Below are positions 10,289 to 18,942 of a stretch of DNA of 44,220 nucleotides, one piece after another (position 1 is the first letter of the stretch; each line of letters opens with the position of its first letter). The DNA comes from a virus (Duplodnaviria > Caudoviricetes). The stretch is taken from positions 1 through 44,220 of IMG/VR virus record IMGVR_UViG_3300024283_000007; one strand, 5' to 3'. Under the pieces are notes generated by a model. It did no database searches. It was not told the origin of the DNA and was given only the letters and a program-made list of their open reading frames with translations. The position numbers and the translations under genes are program-made.

Positions 10289-11275
10289 GTGTCTTACGTT
10301 CTCGCAGAGACGCCAACATTCGACCCTGACATCGTCGTGCCTGAAGGCACTGACTCACGTGTGGACGCAGCCGAGAAAGTGGCAGCGATCGCGCAGAAGC
10401 TGGCGAACCGCACGCGCAATCTGCAAGGCATCACGAACAACGCTGCGCTGAAGAACGCAGCGAACGTGTTCACTGCAGCGAACGTGTTCAATGCGGGGCT
10501 GACTGCGAACGCTGCAGTCATCACCGGACAGCTCACTGTGAACGGTGGCATCAAGGCCACTGACGGCACGCTCGAGCTCACGTCCACAGTCAACGCTTCG
10601 GGCGCAGTCAACGTCGGCGGCGCTCTGACTGTGACGGGCGTGACGAACCACACCGGCCAGGTCCGCGTGAACGGCGGGCTCGCTGCAGCTGATGGTGAGA
10701 TCGAAGTGGTGAGTGAGCTGCACGCGAACGGCTCTGTATACGTCAACGTGCCGCACCTGTTTCTGGATGAGGGCGTCGACATCGTGCACCCGACGTTCGA
10801 CGGCGCAGTGCAGCCGCAGCGTCTGGTGCAGCTCGACATCTCACGCGCAACTATCGTGTCGGGCGCAGCCGCGTGGGATGACCTCGGGGGCTTCTGGTAT
10901 ACGAGCGGCAGCGCTGCCAAGCTCGAAGTGCCGATCATACTGCCGCGCGTAACAGAGCAATGGTCCTTCCAGGTGCTGTGGTCATGTGACGGCGTGTCGG
11001 GCTCTGCGACTGCAGAGGTCTGGCGCTGGAGCCGTGACTATTCGATCAGCGGCTATCAGGCTCTGTCTGACGGTGAGTCACTCGGGCTCGCGACACTGTT
11101 GACCTACAGCAGCACGCCTGGTCAAGGCATCGTCAACGCTGGGCCTGTCATCACAGATGCAGTTGACCCGGCGAACTCAAGGCTCGCTGTGATCGTCCGT
11201 TTGCCAGCTGGCGCGAACAACAGACTATTCGGTCTGCGTCTGCAGTTCTGGGACCCAGGCCCGAGGAACGGGTGA
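10289..11275 (+). CDS. Tail fibre / fibre-attachment protein
   Basis: 'QKLANRT' fibre N-terminal motif; 'ANVFTAANVF' and G-x-L-T-V beta repeats. Confidence 0.65.
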   Translation: MSYVLAETPTFDPDIVVPEGTDSRVDAAEKVAAIAQKLANRTRNLQGITNNAALKNAANVFTAANVFNAGLTANAAVITGQLTVNGGIKATDGTLELTSTVNASGAVNVGGALTVTGVTNHTGQVRVNGGLAAADGEIEVVSELHANGSVYVNVPHLFLDEGVDIVHPTFDGAVQPQRLVQLDISRATIVSGAAAWDDLGGFWYTSGSAAKLEVPIILPRVTEQWSFQVLWSCDGVSGSATAEVWRWSRDYSISGYQALSDGESLGLATLLTYSSTPGQGIVNAGPVITDAVDPANSRLAVIVRLPAGANNRLFGLRLQFWDPGPRNG

Positions 11276-11282
11276 GAGTGTT

Positions 11283-13607
11283 ATGTCATTCTTAGATACG
11301 ATCCTGAGCAGCGGTCCGGCCGACTCACTGCTCACCACTGCAGCGCCGGTCAACGTGTCGCACGCTACGCCGCCCGCGCCCGGCATGGTGCTGACTGCGA
11401 TCGACGCTCTGAATGCAAAGTGGCAAGTGCCGGCAAGCGCCACTGCTGCGGGCTCACTTCTGACTGCGACCGGTGAGGTGGATGTCAGCGGGTCTGGAGC
11501 GCCAGCGCCCGGCGATGTCCTCACTGCAGTCAGCGCGACCGAAGCGATCTGGGCTCCGAGCGGGACTGTGTCTGATGCCATGCCGAGTGAGATCACGCCG
11601 AACGACTCGGGCGGGCCTGGCGTTGACACTGCGGTGTCGCGTGCTGACCATGTGCATCCAGTGGCGATCGCCGAGCCTACTGCGCTGGTGGTCGGTGGCC
11701 CGAACGTAACAGGCACTGCCACTGCGCTCGCAGCGTCCGACCACCAGCATGAGCTGCCGCCGTTCGGCGTCACACCAGGCACGATCGCTGAGGGCTCAAG
11801 CGCGCGACTCCAGTACACTGATGATATCGCCACGCTGACTGTCGGTCAGTGGGGCGTGCTGCCGCCGACAGGCCCAGGCGAAGATGTCGAGTTCATGGTG
11901 TTCTTTCCCGACGACCCGGTGACCGGGCAACGCTTCGGCATCATGCACATGGACAACGGCTCACCGTACTACTTGATCGGTGTGACCGGTGGCGCGATTC
12001 AAGACTTAGACGGGACTATCACTGACCTCTGCACCTTGTACAAAGGTCAGTATGCAGAGTGGACGTATAGTGATGACCTCACTGCCTGGCTCATAACCAC
12101 GGTGACGTCAGGGTTCGGTGATGCGCGTTCGCCGCAGACAATCTATGCAGACGCATTCGGCAGCGTCGGCAGCCTGCTCACCCCTGCGCGGTCAGACCAT
12201 AAGCACGCGATCGGCACGAGCCTCTCAGTCACAGCACTGACGGTCGGCGGCGTGGGCAACCCTGGCGCCTCAGCGCTGGTCGCTCGCGCAGACCACGCGC
12301 ACGGCATGCCGGGGCTCGCGACAGGCTCAGTGAATGGCTTCATGTCCAGTGCGGACTTCACGAAGCTGGCAGGCATCGCAGCTGGAGCTGCAGCGCTCAC
12401 GAGCACTGCACCCAGTCAGATAACTGTCACCACCGCAGCGGCCGGCGCTGCCACTGATGCAGCTCGGCGCGATCACGTGCATAGCGTGTCAGTCGGGACG
12501 CCGACCGGTCTAACGATAGGCGGAGCGAACGCGGGCGGAAGCTCGAACCAGTTGGCGCGTGCTGACCACGTGCACGCGATGCCGAACGCTGCGACGAGCG
12601 GCGCGTCGGGCTTCATGTCGAACACGGACAAAACCAAGCTTGATTCGATCGCGAATCTCTCGACGCTTACGGTCGGCAACGTGCTCACGGCGAACTCCGG
12701 GACCAGTGCCGTGTGGCTGCCTCCGAGCGGCGCGGCACAAAACAATCTGCGCATCTCGGCTTCCAGCGTGGTGCCGGTTCCTGCTGATGGCACGTACTCC
12801 ACGGTCTATCTCACGCCGTGGAACGGACTACACATCAGTCTGTTCATCCCACTGACTAGCGGCATCGTTGCTGCTGATGGCGTCTATCACGTGCAGGTGA
12901 ACACGTCGGCGATCCCGTCGATCAATATCACCAGCGCCGTTGCCGGAAGGCCGATAGACATCTTTGCGTATGCGGTCAACACGACCGCGCGCATCGCGCT
13001 TGAACTGCAACATTGGTCGAGCGCGACCTCACGGTCGACATCGATCTCGCAAAGCACGTACGGGTTTTGGACGAAGGGTATTGATGCGACGCGACGCTAT
13101 GTCGGAACCATCTTGCCTTCGAGCGCGACGCAGTATGTCCAAGCTCTCACAGGTGGTGGCACCACTCCTGCAATCTGCGGGATCTGGAACCAGGACAACC
13201 GCGTCCCGCTCCAGTATTCATGGCAGGCGACCACGTCGACCTACACGATTCCGACAGCGAGCACATGGCTTCCATATGACGGCGTGACGACGTCACGCAT
13301 CACAGGAGTGTGCGGCATTCAGTGCGACTCGTGGCCGCTGACGATGGTCGGGTCGATTGACTGCAAAACCTTCGCGTGCGCTGTGGGCATCGGAGCTGAC
13401 TCCAGTTCGTCGGCGTCGGGCTTTCGTACTGTTAGTAACTCGGCGGCCGGCGTCTACGCTCCGCTGATGTCGACTCTAAACGCGCGTCCGTCAGAAGGCG
13501 TGCATAACTTCTACGCGCTCCTGTTCGCGACGGGGACGACGACCGCGATCGCAGCCGGCACACTTGCGCCGGGACAACTGGGCCTGATGGCGTCGATCCC
13601 CTGCTAG
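11283..13607 (+). CDS. Long tail fibre / receptor-binding protein
   Basis: 774 aa, rich in G/A/T/S; six DHxH repeats; two 'GFMS..D.TKL..IA' repeats. Confidence 0.75.
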   Translation: MSFLDTILSSGPADSLLTTAAPVNVSHATPPAPGMVLTAIDALNAKWQVPASATAAGSLLTATGEVDVSGSGAPAPGDVLTAVSATEAIWAPSGTVSDAMPSEITPNDSGGPGVDTAVSRADHVHPVAIAEPTALVVGGPNVTGTATALAASDHQHELPPFGVTPGTIAEGSSARLQYTDDIATLTVGQWGVLPPTGPGEDVEFMVFFPDDPVTGQRFGIMHMDNGSPYYLIGVTGGAIQDLDGTITDLCTLYKGQYAEWTYSDDLTAWLITTVTSGFGDARSPQTIYADAFGSVGSLLTPARSDHKHAIGTSLSVTALTVGGVGNPGASALVARADHAHGMPGLATGSVNGFMSSADFTKLAGIAAGAAALTSTAPSQITVTTAAAGAATDAARRDHVHSVSVGTPTGLTIGGANAGGSSNQLARADHVHAMPNAATSGASGFMSNTDKTKLDSIANLSTLTVGNVLTANSGTSAVWLPPSGAAQNNLRISASSVVPVPADGTYSTVYLTPWNGLHISLFIPLTSGIVAADGVYHVQVNTSAIPSINITSAVAGRPIDIFAYAVNTTARIALELQHWSSATSRSTSISQSTYGFWTKGIDATRRYVGTILPSSATQYVQALTGGGTTPAICGIWNQDNRVPLQYSWQATTSTYTIPTASTWLPYDGVTTSRITGVCGIQCDSWPLTMVGSIDCKTFACAVGIGADSSSSASGFRTVSNSAAGVYAPLMSTLNARPSEGVHNFYALLFATGTTTAIAAGTLAPGQLGLMASIPC

Positions 13608-13623
13608 GGAGGAGAGCTGAGGT

Positions 13624-13666
13624 CCGAAACTCGCGCTACGGGCTGGAGCTCGAGCGTGAGTTTCGG
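13624..13666. other. Stem-loop after late operon
   Basis: CCGAAACTCGCGCT ... AGCGTGAGTTTCGG (14-bp arms, one G-U). Confidence 0.6.
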
Positions 13667-13668
13667 CG

Positions 13669-13703
13669 CCCGCCGTGACACTCAGGGTCACGGCGGGTTC
13701 TAT
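13669..13703 (+). terminator. Probable intrinsic terminator between convergent units
   Basis: CCCGCCGTGAC-7nt-GTCACGGCGGG followed by TTCTAT. Confidence 0.65.
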
Positions 13704-13729
13704 ATGCTTGGCGCGAAGAAGCCCCCGCG

Positions 13730-14089
13730 TTAGGCGCTGTATCGTTGCTGCAGCTCACCCAGCAGCGCGAGCGCCCGCTCTACACCTACGCGGAGCGCTG
13801 CTGCCTTGAACGCATCCTCAGCTGATGCTGCAGCTGCAGTGTCCTCACTGCGCGGCGTGTAGATATGTTCGACGCGTTCTCCAGCTGGCGCCACTGCCAC
13901 CGGCGTGACAGCAGTGCGCTTCACTTTGCTGCTAGGGCTGCGCGATCGCGCCCGCTCCCGCGCAGCCCAGACTTGCTTCGGCGTGATGATGATGCCGCGC
14001 CGGGCTGCTGCGTTGACGACGTCGGTCGCCGGCATGGCGCGGGGCTGCTGCTGGATGAACGCTGCTGCTGTGCTCTGTAGTCGTGCCAT
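13730..14089 (-). CDS. Small basic hypothetical protein, possibly DNA-binding
   Basis: RBS GGGGAGGG upstream of ATG 14089; 119 aa. Confidence 0.6.
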   Translation of the reverse strand: MARLQSTAAAFIQQQPRAMPATDVVNAAARRGIIITPKQVWAARERARSRSPSSKVKRTAVTPVAVAPAGERVEHIYTPRSEDTAAAASAEDAFKAAALRVGVERALALLGELQQRYSA

Positions 14090-14259
14090 GGGCCTAGGCC
14101 CTCCCCTTGGGTGAAAGAGCTGAAGCACTACCACACAACTGTGAGCGCACGCGACAACAGACATTGCAGCATCATGCGCCGCCGTGTTACGGGCATGCTT
14201 GTGTGACTCTGCTGGAGCAAAGTCACACAGCACTACCAGACCCAGTGGAGCAGCAAGAC

Positions 14260-15561
14260 ATGTCCAAGAATCGTGGTAAGCAAGTCACCGGCACGTTGTA
14301 CCGAACTCGGGACGGCAGCTGCAGCGCCCGACTGTCCCTGTCTGCGGGACGCAAGATCGCAGTTCCGCTGGCGCGCAAGCATGGAGACCCCGCGCTCATG
14401 ACAGCGCTCCCAGTGATTGCTGCGTACGCCAGAGAGCTGTCGACACGCGGGGTGCTGACGCCCCGGCAGATAGCAGAGCTGCTCACTGTGGCAGCGTCCC
14501 GGATGCGGGATATCGACGCGAGCATCTACGCACAGAAGTGGGCACAGGTAGCGTCTCAAGACACGCTCTCCAAGCTCATTCCGACTGCTCACGCTGGCGC
14601 CACTTTCCGGGAGATCGCGCAGCTCTGGACGAGTGGCGCCATCCATGCAGAGCACGCTGAAGTGCCACTAGTGAAGCTGGCGCACAGAGACGAAGGCATG
14701 TTCGTGAAGCACGTATATGACTTGGTCGGCAACGTGCCAGTGACGCAGATGACTAAGCGCCAGTTCAGCAGCGTGTATCATGAGCTTGGCAGAAAGGGGC
14801 TGCGTGACGAAACCAGAGTCTATATCTGGAAGCTGATGTATCGGGTGATGCAACTGGCACATGACCCGCTCGAACTGCTGCCGAGCAATCCGATCCCGCG
14901 TGGGAAGAAGCCCGCGATCGAAGACCACCGCCGAACACCCGCACTGCTCCCAGAAGACGATGAGCAGTTGCTAGGCTGTCAGTCAGTGTCGATCCACAAT
15001 CGGATGCTGTGGGGCTTCTTAGCGCGTGAGGGCATGCGCCGGGGTGAAGCTCTCAAGCTCCAGTGGTGTGATGTCACTGCTGCAGTGTTGAATGCGTTCT
15101 CCCAGAAGACTGGGAAAGAGAGCGCACGCATGTGGCAGCACGATACGCACGCCGCACTGGTGGCATACCGTGAGCGCTACTGCGCGGACGCCAAGCCAGC
15201 CGACTACGTGTTCGCGCGCGCGCAGCACATGTCATCTGTCTTCCGCACAGCGCTGAAGCACGCTGGAGTATTCGCGCGCAGACCCGAGCTAGCCATGCAC
15301 TCGAAAGAGCGCGGGGAGCGGCGCCAGATACGTCTGCACGATCTCCGGCGCTTGTTCATCACGCTGGCAGTGGCCTCCGATAAGTCGGACGCATGGATAC
15401 GCACCCGCACTGGACACACTAGCAGCCGCATGATCGTACACTACACAGACTTGGCAGACATGCACCGGTCTCGGGGTCGGGTCACTCTGGTCGCCATGCA
15501 CGTCTCGATCCCTGAACTGCTCACGCCGCTATCTGGACAGTATGAGACAGCAGCAGAATGA
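14260..15561 (+). CDS. int: Tyrosine recombinase / phage integrase
   Basis: 'EGMRRGEA' (R), 'LHDLRR' (HxxR), 'GHTSSRMIVHY' (H,Y); RBS TGGAG before ATG 14260. Confidence 0.9.
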   Translation: MSKNRGKQVTGTLYRTRDGSCSARLSLSAGRKIAVPLARKHGDPALMTALPVIAAYARELSTRGVLTPRQIAELLTVAASRMRDIDASIYAQKWAQVASQDTLSKLIPTAHAGATFREIAQLWTSGAIHAEHAEVPLVKLAHRDEGMFVKHVYDLVGNVPVTQMTKRQFSSVYHELGRKGLRDETRVYIWKLMYRVMQLAHDPLELLPSNPIPRGKKPAIEDHRRTPALLPEDDEQLLGCQSVSIHNRMLWGFLAREGMRRGEALKLQWCDVTAAVLNAFSQKTGKESARMWQHDTHAALVAYRERYCADAKPADYVFARAQHMSSVFRTALKHAGVFARRPELAMHSKERGERRQIRLHDLRRLFITLAVASDKSDAWIRTRTGHTSSRMIVHYTDLADMHRSRGRVTLVAMHVSIPELLTPLSGQYETAAE

Positions 15562-15846
15562 GCCTGTCAGCATTCCGCTTGTTTCAAGCACTATGCTGAC
15601 ACTCGCGTCTGATACTGCCAGAAGCATGAGTGTAATACGTAACGCCACGAAACGATTGATATCACTGTGACGCCGGGGCTGCCAGAGTGCCCAGCAAGCA
15701 CTGCTAGCAGCGTCTAAAGACAGCGTGATGTCTACTGGAAAGCACTGCGCCCCCGCCGGGGTTACCGGCGGGGGCGCTTGACCATCCCAGAAGCATCACG
15801 ACGCGGGCTGCAACGCAGAGCCCCGGCAACGTACACGAGCCCAGCG
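15562..15846. other. Non-coding gap after int; candidate attP with hairpins at 15565-15601 and 15747-15777
   Basis: Adjacent to integrase, AT-richer core; TGTCAGCAT/ATGCTGACA and GCGCCCCCGCCGG/CCGGCGGGGGCGC inverted repeats. Confidence 0.4.
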
Positions 15847-16203
15847 CTACGCGCAACGCTGGCGCAGCAGCGCATCCAGCGCCACTCTGGCGCCAGCGTC
15901 ACCAGCTAGCGCGTCAACGCAGCGCTGAATGAGCGCCACGTCTCCAGCGTGCCCAGCTTCAAGCATGAGCTGCATCAGCTGCGCATCCAGCAGCGCGCGC
16001 GCATGGCTGGCGCCAGAGTGCTGCGCATTCAACGCAGCGTGATGAGCACAGCGTGTGAGCCCCGGCTCTGCTGCAGCTCCACACTGAATGCAGCGCTCCA
16101 TGGCTCTGTAGTGGGCTCGGCGCTCACGAGCGCGCTGGGCTCTTCTGGTCTTGCACGTCTGGCATGGCGTCCCACGCACGCATTGATTGCAGCTGTATGG
16201 CAT
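15847..16203 (-). CDS. Cys-rich (zinc-finger-like) hypothetical protein
   Basis: CNQC, CQTC, CIQC, C-x-HH motifs. Confidence 0.55.
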   Translation of the reverse strand: MPYSCNQCVRGTPCQTCKTRRAQRARERRAHYRAMERCIQCGAAAEPGLTRCAHHAALNAQHSGASHARALLDAQLMQLMLEAGHAGDVALIQRCVDALAGDAGARVALDALLRQRCA

Positions 16204-16218
16204 CTGTACTTTCCGCAG

Positions 16219-16255
16219 CAGCGCCCCCATGCGCGCTGGGCACATGGGGGCGCTG
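16219..16255 (-). repeat. Conserved intergenic hairpin, copy 1
   Basis: 13-bp perfect arms around CGCGCTGGGCA (+ strand). Confidence 0.75.
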
Positions 16256-16273
16256 GGTGGGTGGGTGCTGGGC

Positions 16274-16561
16274 TCAGTCAGTCACCACTTCATGTCCATG
16301 GTAGTGAGCCCAGCCAAGCACTGCATACAGCGCTGGCGTTGCGCGCGGCTTGGCATCCATGAATGAGATCGTCACGCGCAGCTTGGCGCCAAGCTGCTCC
16401 ACTCCACATGGATAACCACGCATCCCATCTGGGTGTCTGGAAGCGTGCGCGCTCCAGTACAATCCATGTCCCTGTGCGGTGGTGAATGGTTCGCCCAGCG
16501 TGGCGCTGATGAATGCCACAGCTTCGGCCATCGGTGTCCATTGGTCTGGCTTCTTACTCAT
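16274..16561 (-). CDS. Hypothetical protein
   Basis: RBS TGGAG; ATGA coupling. Confidence 0.6.
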   Translation of the reverse strand: MSKKPDQWTPMAEAVAFISATLGEPFTTAQGHGLYWSAHASRHPDGMRGYPCGVEQLGAKLRVTISFMDAKPRATPALYAVLGWAHYHGHEVVTD

Positions 16562-16779
16562 GTCACTTGCTCCACACGTATCAGAATCGTCCACTCATCA
16601 CGCTCACCACTGTCTGGGTCATCTACGTGCCCATAGAAGAGCGTGCCAGCTGGCGTAGTCTGCTGCCAGTCACACACAGCTTCCAAGTCATCCAGCGCGC
16701 TGGGTGCGTGCTCCAGTTCGACCACTGCTCCAGCGCGCTCTACAGAGCGCACGATTGCACACTCGACATCGTATCCCAT
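16558..16779 (-). CDS. Small acidic hypothetical protein
   Basis: TGATG coupling to upstream gene; D/E-rich, 73 aa. Confidence 0.6.
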   Translation of the reverse strand: MGYDVECAIVRSVERAGAVVELEHAPSALDDLEAVCDWQQTTPAGTLFYGHVDDPDSGERDEWTILIRVEQVT

Positions 16780-17366
16780 CACACCAGCTCCCACTCGAAG
16801 TCGGCCACACCCATGTGCAAGTCTTCAAGTGGTCCCACTAGCTTGAGCTTGCCAGCTGCAGTCAGCTCACCCAGCGCATACGCCAGCCAGCCAGCTGACA
16901 CATGCTCCAGATGCCAGCGCACGCTTGCTGCTGACATCTTGCGCTTCCCACTGAAGACAGCCAGCACACGCACTGCCAGCGTGCTTAGCTGCGCAGCTGG
17001 AGCTGGTGCTGCTGGCTCTGCGTTGCGTGGAATGGTGATGCGTATGCTGCTCTCACTCAACTGCTCCACGCTGGCACGTGCCACAGCTTCAGCGCGCGCA
17101 GCTCTGATGCCATCGGCGCCGGGGTTCTTCGTTGTGGGAATGGCTGCCACTGCTGCAGCTGCGCGCTTGTTCTTGAGATAGTCCATGGTCTGGAGCTTGG
17201 CAGCGCTGCGCACTATCTCACGTGTGTGCTTCCCATCATTGCGCTCACACACGAACATCAGAGTGCCATCAGAAGTCGAGCGCACTGCTTTCACTTTGAC
17301 TGCTGTCCACTGACTATTGATGCGCGTCAAGACCACTACGCCAATCTGAACTGCTGCTTGCTTCAC
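16779..17366 (-). CDS. Hypothetical protein (beta-rich N-terminus, possible winged-helix C-terminus)
   Basis: GTG after AGTGGAG, directly downstream of repeated promoter A. Confidence 0.6.
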   Translation of the reverse strand: MKQAAVQIGVVVLTRINSQWTAVKVKAVRSTSDGTLMFVCERNDGKHTREIVRSAAKLQTMDYLKNKRAAAAVAAIPTTKNPGADGIRAARAEAVARASVEQLSESSIRITIPRNAEPAAPAPAAQLSTLAVRVLAVFSGKRKMSAASVRWHLEHVSAGWLAYALGELTAAGKLKLVGPLEDLHMGVADFEWELV

Positions 17367-17444
17367 TGCTTCTGCTCCACTGCTTTTCTGCCAGCACGCT
17401 GCTGACACTTCTCAATATGCTCCCACTCTTATGGGACTGCAACG
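17361..17444 (-). promoter_or_regulatory. Repeated sigma70-type promoter + leader, copy A
   Basis: TTGCAG-17nt-CATATT on minus strand; 59 bp identical to 18554-18612. Confidence 0.8.
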
Positions 17445-17481
17445 AGTGTGCAGAGTGTCTCTGTGCACACGTGTCAGACGA

Positions 17482-17520
17482 CCAGACGCCCCCAGCGCGC
17501 TGGGCACTGGGGGCGTCTGG
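17482..17520 (-). repeat. Conserved intergenic hairpin, copy 2 (terminator-like)
   Basis: CCAGACGCCCCCAG / CTGGGGGCGTCTGG arms around CGCGCTGGGCA. Confidence 0.75.
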
Positions 17521-17542
17521 GAGCGCGCTGGGAGCGCTGCGT

Positions 17543-17902
17543 CTAGTACTCTGATGGAACCATCAGCACGCCATCCACCAGCCACAGCTTGAGCTTCCAG
17601 CTGGGTGGGACGTCTGTATATGGTATCTGCTGCATCACCATGTTCAGCTGCCCATTGCCATCATCACAGAAGAGCTGGCAAGAATGGTCAGCACGCACTG
17701 ACAGATGCCACGCTTGAAACTCCAGCTTCTTCACAGCTGGATTACGCTGGTGTGACACGATGGCATCTACCAGCCAGCCACACCCATGCGTAGCCATGAA
17801 TGCCACACCATCAGTCAGCTTGACTGGAGAAGCCCAGTGTCTGTGATACGCAGTGGTGCCACTGAACTGTGCCAAGTCAGACTCTTCAAACTGGATTGTC
17901 AC
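17543..17902 (-). CDS. DUF6876-like protein
   Basis: 'QFSGT..YHRH', 'LTDGV', 'WLVDAI', 'DDGNG', 'IPYTD', C-terminal 'MVPSEY'. Confidence 0.7.
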   Translation of the reverse strand: MTIQFEESDLAQFSGTTAYHRHWASPVKLTDGVAFMATHGCGWLVDAIVSHQRNPAVKKLEFQAWHLSVRADHSCQLFCDDGNGQLNMVMQQIPYTDVPPSWKLKLWLVDGVLMVPSEY

Positions 17903-18099
17903 TTGCGCGCTCCATTCTTCTTACGCTTGTCAAGCTCACGCTTAGCTACTGCACAGACTTCTGGTGTCACTCCATGCACACTGAGTGTCTCTAAGTCATC
18001 ATCATGTAACTGTGTGTAGTCAAGTAGATGCGCTCTAGCGTCGAACGCAGCGTACTTAGCATCGATCTTGGCTTGCTCTTTTTTGCTGGGCTTCTTCAC
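17899..18099 (-). CDS. Small basic hypothetical protein
   Basis: GTGA coupling at both ends; RBS TGGAG. Confidence 0.55.
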   Translation of the reverse strand: MKKPSKKEQAKIDAKYAAFDARAHLLDYTQLHDDDLETLSVHGVTPEVCAVAKRELDKRKKNGARK

Positions 18100-18536
18100 T
18101 TGCACTGCTCCAGCTGCTGGGCTGTGCACAAGTCACCAGCAGCGCGCTTGTACACCAGCGCAGTGGCGCCATCAGCACGCACGCACGTATATTCAAGTTC
18201 ACAGCCCAGTGACTGGCTGGAGCTGATGACTTTGACAGCCACGTGGCTGGTGTGCGTGCCCCCGATGCGTGTCATGTATGTGTGATTCAGCTTGATGTCA
18301 CTGGGCTGCATTGGGTGATAACGCATCACCAGCTTGCCCACATTAGACAGCTTGACAGCCCAGCCATTCTCATCACGCACAACGAAGTTCTCTGCAACGA
18401 AGTGCTTCTCTAGCTCCAGCAGCCCACTGTCTGGGCACGCTGCCACTGCACGCTTGCTGACTGCTGCGCACGCTGCGCGCTTAGTCTTGAAGAGCGTCCA
18501 CTCTGGGTCTAGCGCTGCACTTGGTACTTTCTTCAC
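18096..18536 (-). CDS. Hypothetical protein
   Basis: GTG after AGTGGAG, downstream of repeated promoter B. Confidence 0.6.
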   Translation of the reverse strand: MKKVPSAALDPEWTLFKTKRAACAAVSKRAVAACPDSGLLELEKHFVAENFVVRDENGWAVKLSNVGKLVMRYHPMQPSDIKLNHTYMTRIGGTHTSHVAVKVISSSQSLGCELEYTCVRADGATALVYKRAAGDLCTAQQLEQCK

Positions 18537-18612
18537 TGCTACTGCTCCACTACTTCTGCCAGCACGCTGCTGACACTTCTCAATATGCTCCCACTCTTAT
18601 GGGACTGCAACG
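18531..18612 (-). promoter_or_regulatory. Repeated sigma70-type promoter + leader, copy B
   Basis: TTGCAG-17nt-CATATT; near-identical to copy A. Confidence 0.8.
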
Positions 18613-18660
18613 GGTGTGCGTTCGTGCTACACGGCGCGCCCCCAGCACGCCCCCAGCACG

Positions 18661-18698
18661 CAGAACGCCCCCAGCGCGCTGGGCACTGGGGGCGTCTG
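18661..18698 (-). repeat. Conserved intergenic hairpin, copy 3
   Basis: ACGCCCCCAG-CGCGCTGGGCA-CTGGGGGCGT. Confidence 0.75.
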
Positions 18699-18714
18699 GG
18701 GGCGCTGGGTGGCT

Positions 18715-18936
18715 CTACTTGGCGTCGCGTGGATCGATGCCCACATTGAAGTCGCCCACCCATTCACAAGCTTGCTGGAAGCTGGCAGCAGTAGCCACGC
18801 ATCTGTGCGTGTGCAAGCTCATGATATGGTAAGTGGTCGGTGTGACAGTGCCATCATTGTTCTCGCGTTCTGGCACTGAGACCACTGCGAAGTTCTTCAG
18901 TGTCATGGTGGCTGGCTTGCTGCTGCGCTTCTTCAT
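18715..18936 (-). CDS. Small hypothetical protein, probably leaderless
   Basis: ATG 6 nt after the -10 of promoter C. Confidence 0.6.
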   Translation of the reverse strand: MKKRSSKPATMTLKNFAVVSVPERENNDGTVTPTTYHIMSLHTHRCVATAASFQQACEWVGDFNVGIDPRDAK

Positions 18937-18942
18937 GTTCTC

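Noticed and set aside
10289-13607. Diversity-generating retroelement or invertible fibre segment
   Set aside because: No reverse transcriptase, no TR/VR pair, no serine invertase or flanking inverted sites seen
15577-15589. GCTTG-N3-CAAGC as shared repressor operator with 25117-25129
   Set aside because: Only two short instances, and one is part of a larger hairpin; chance cannot be excluded
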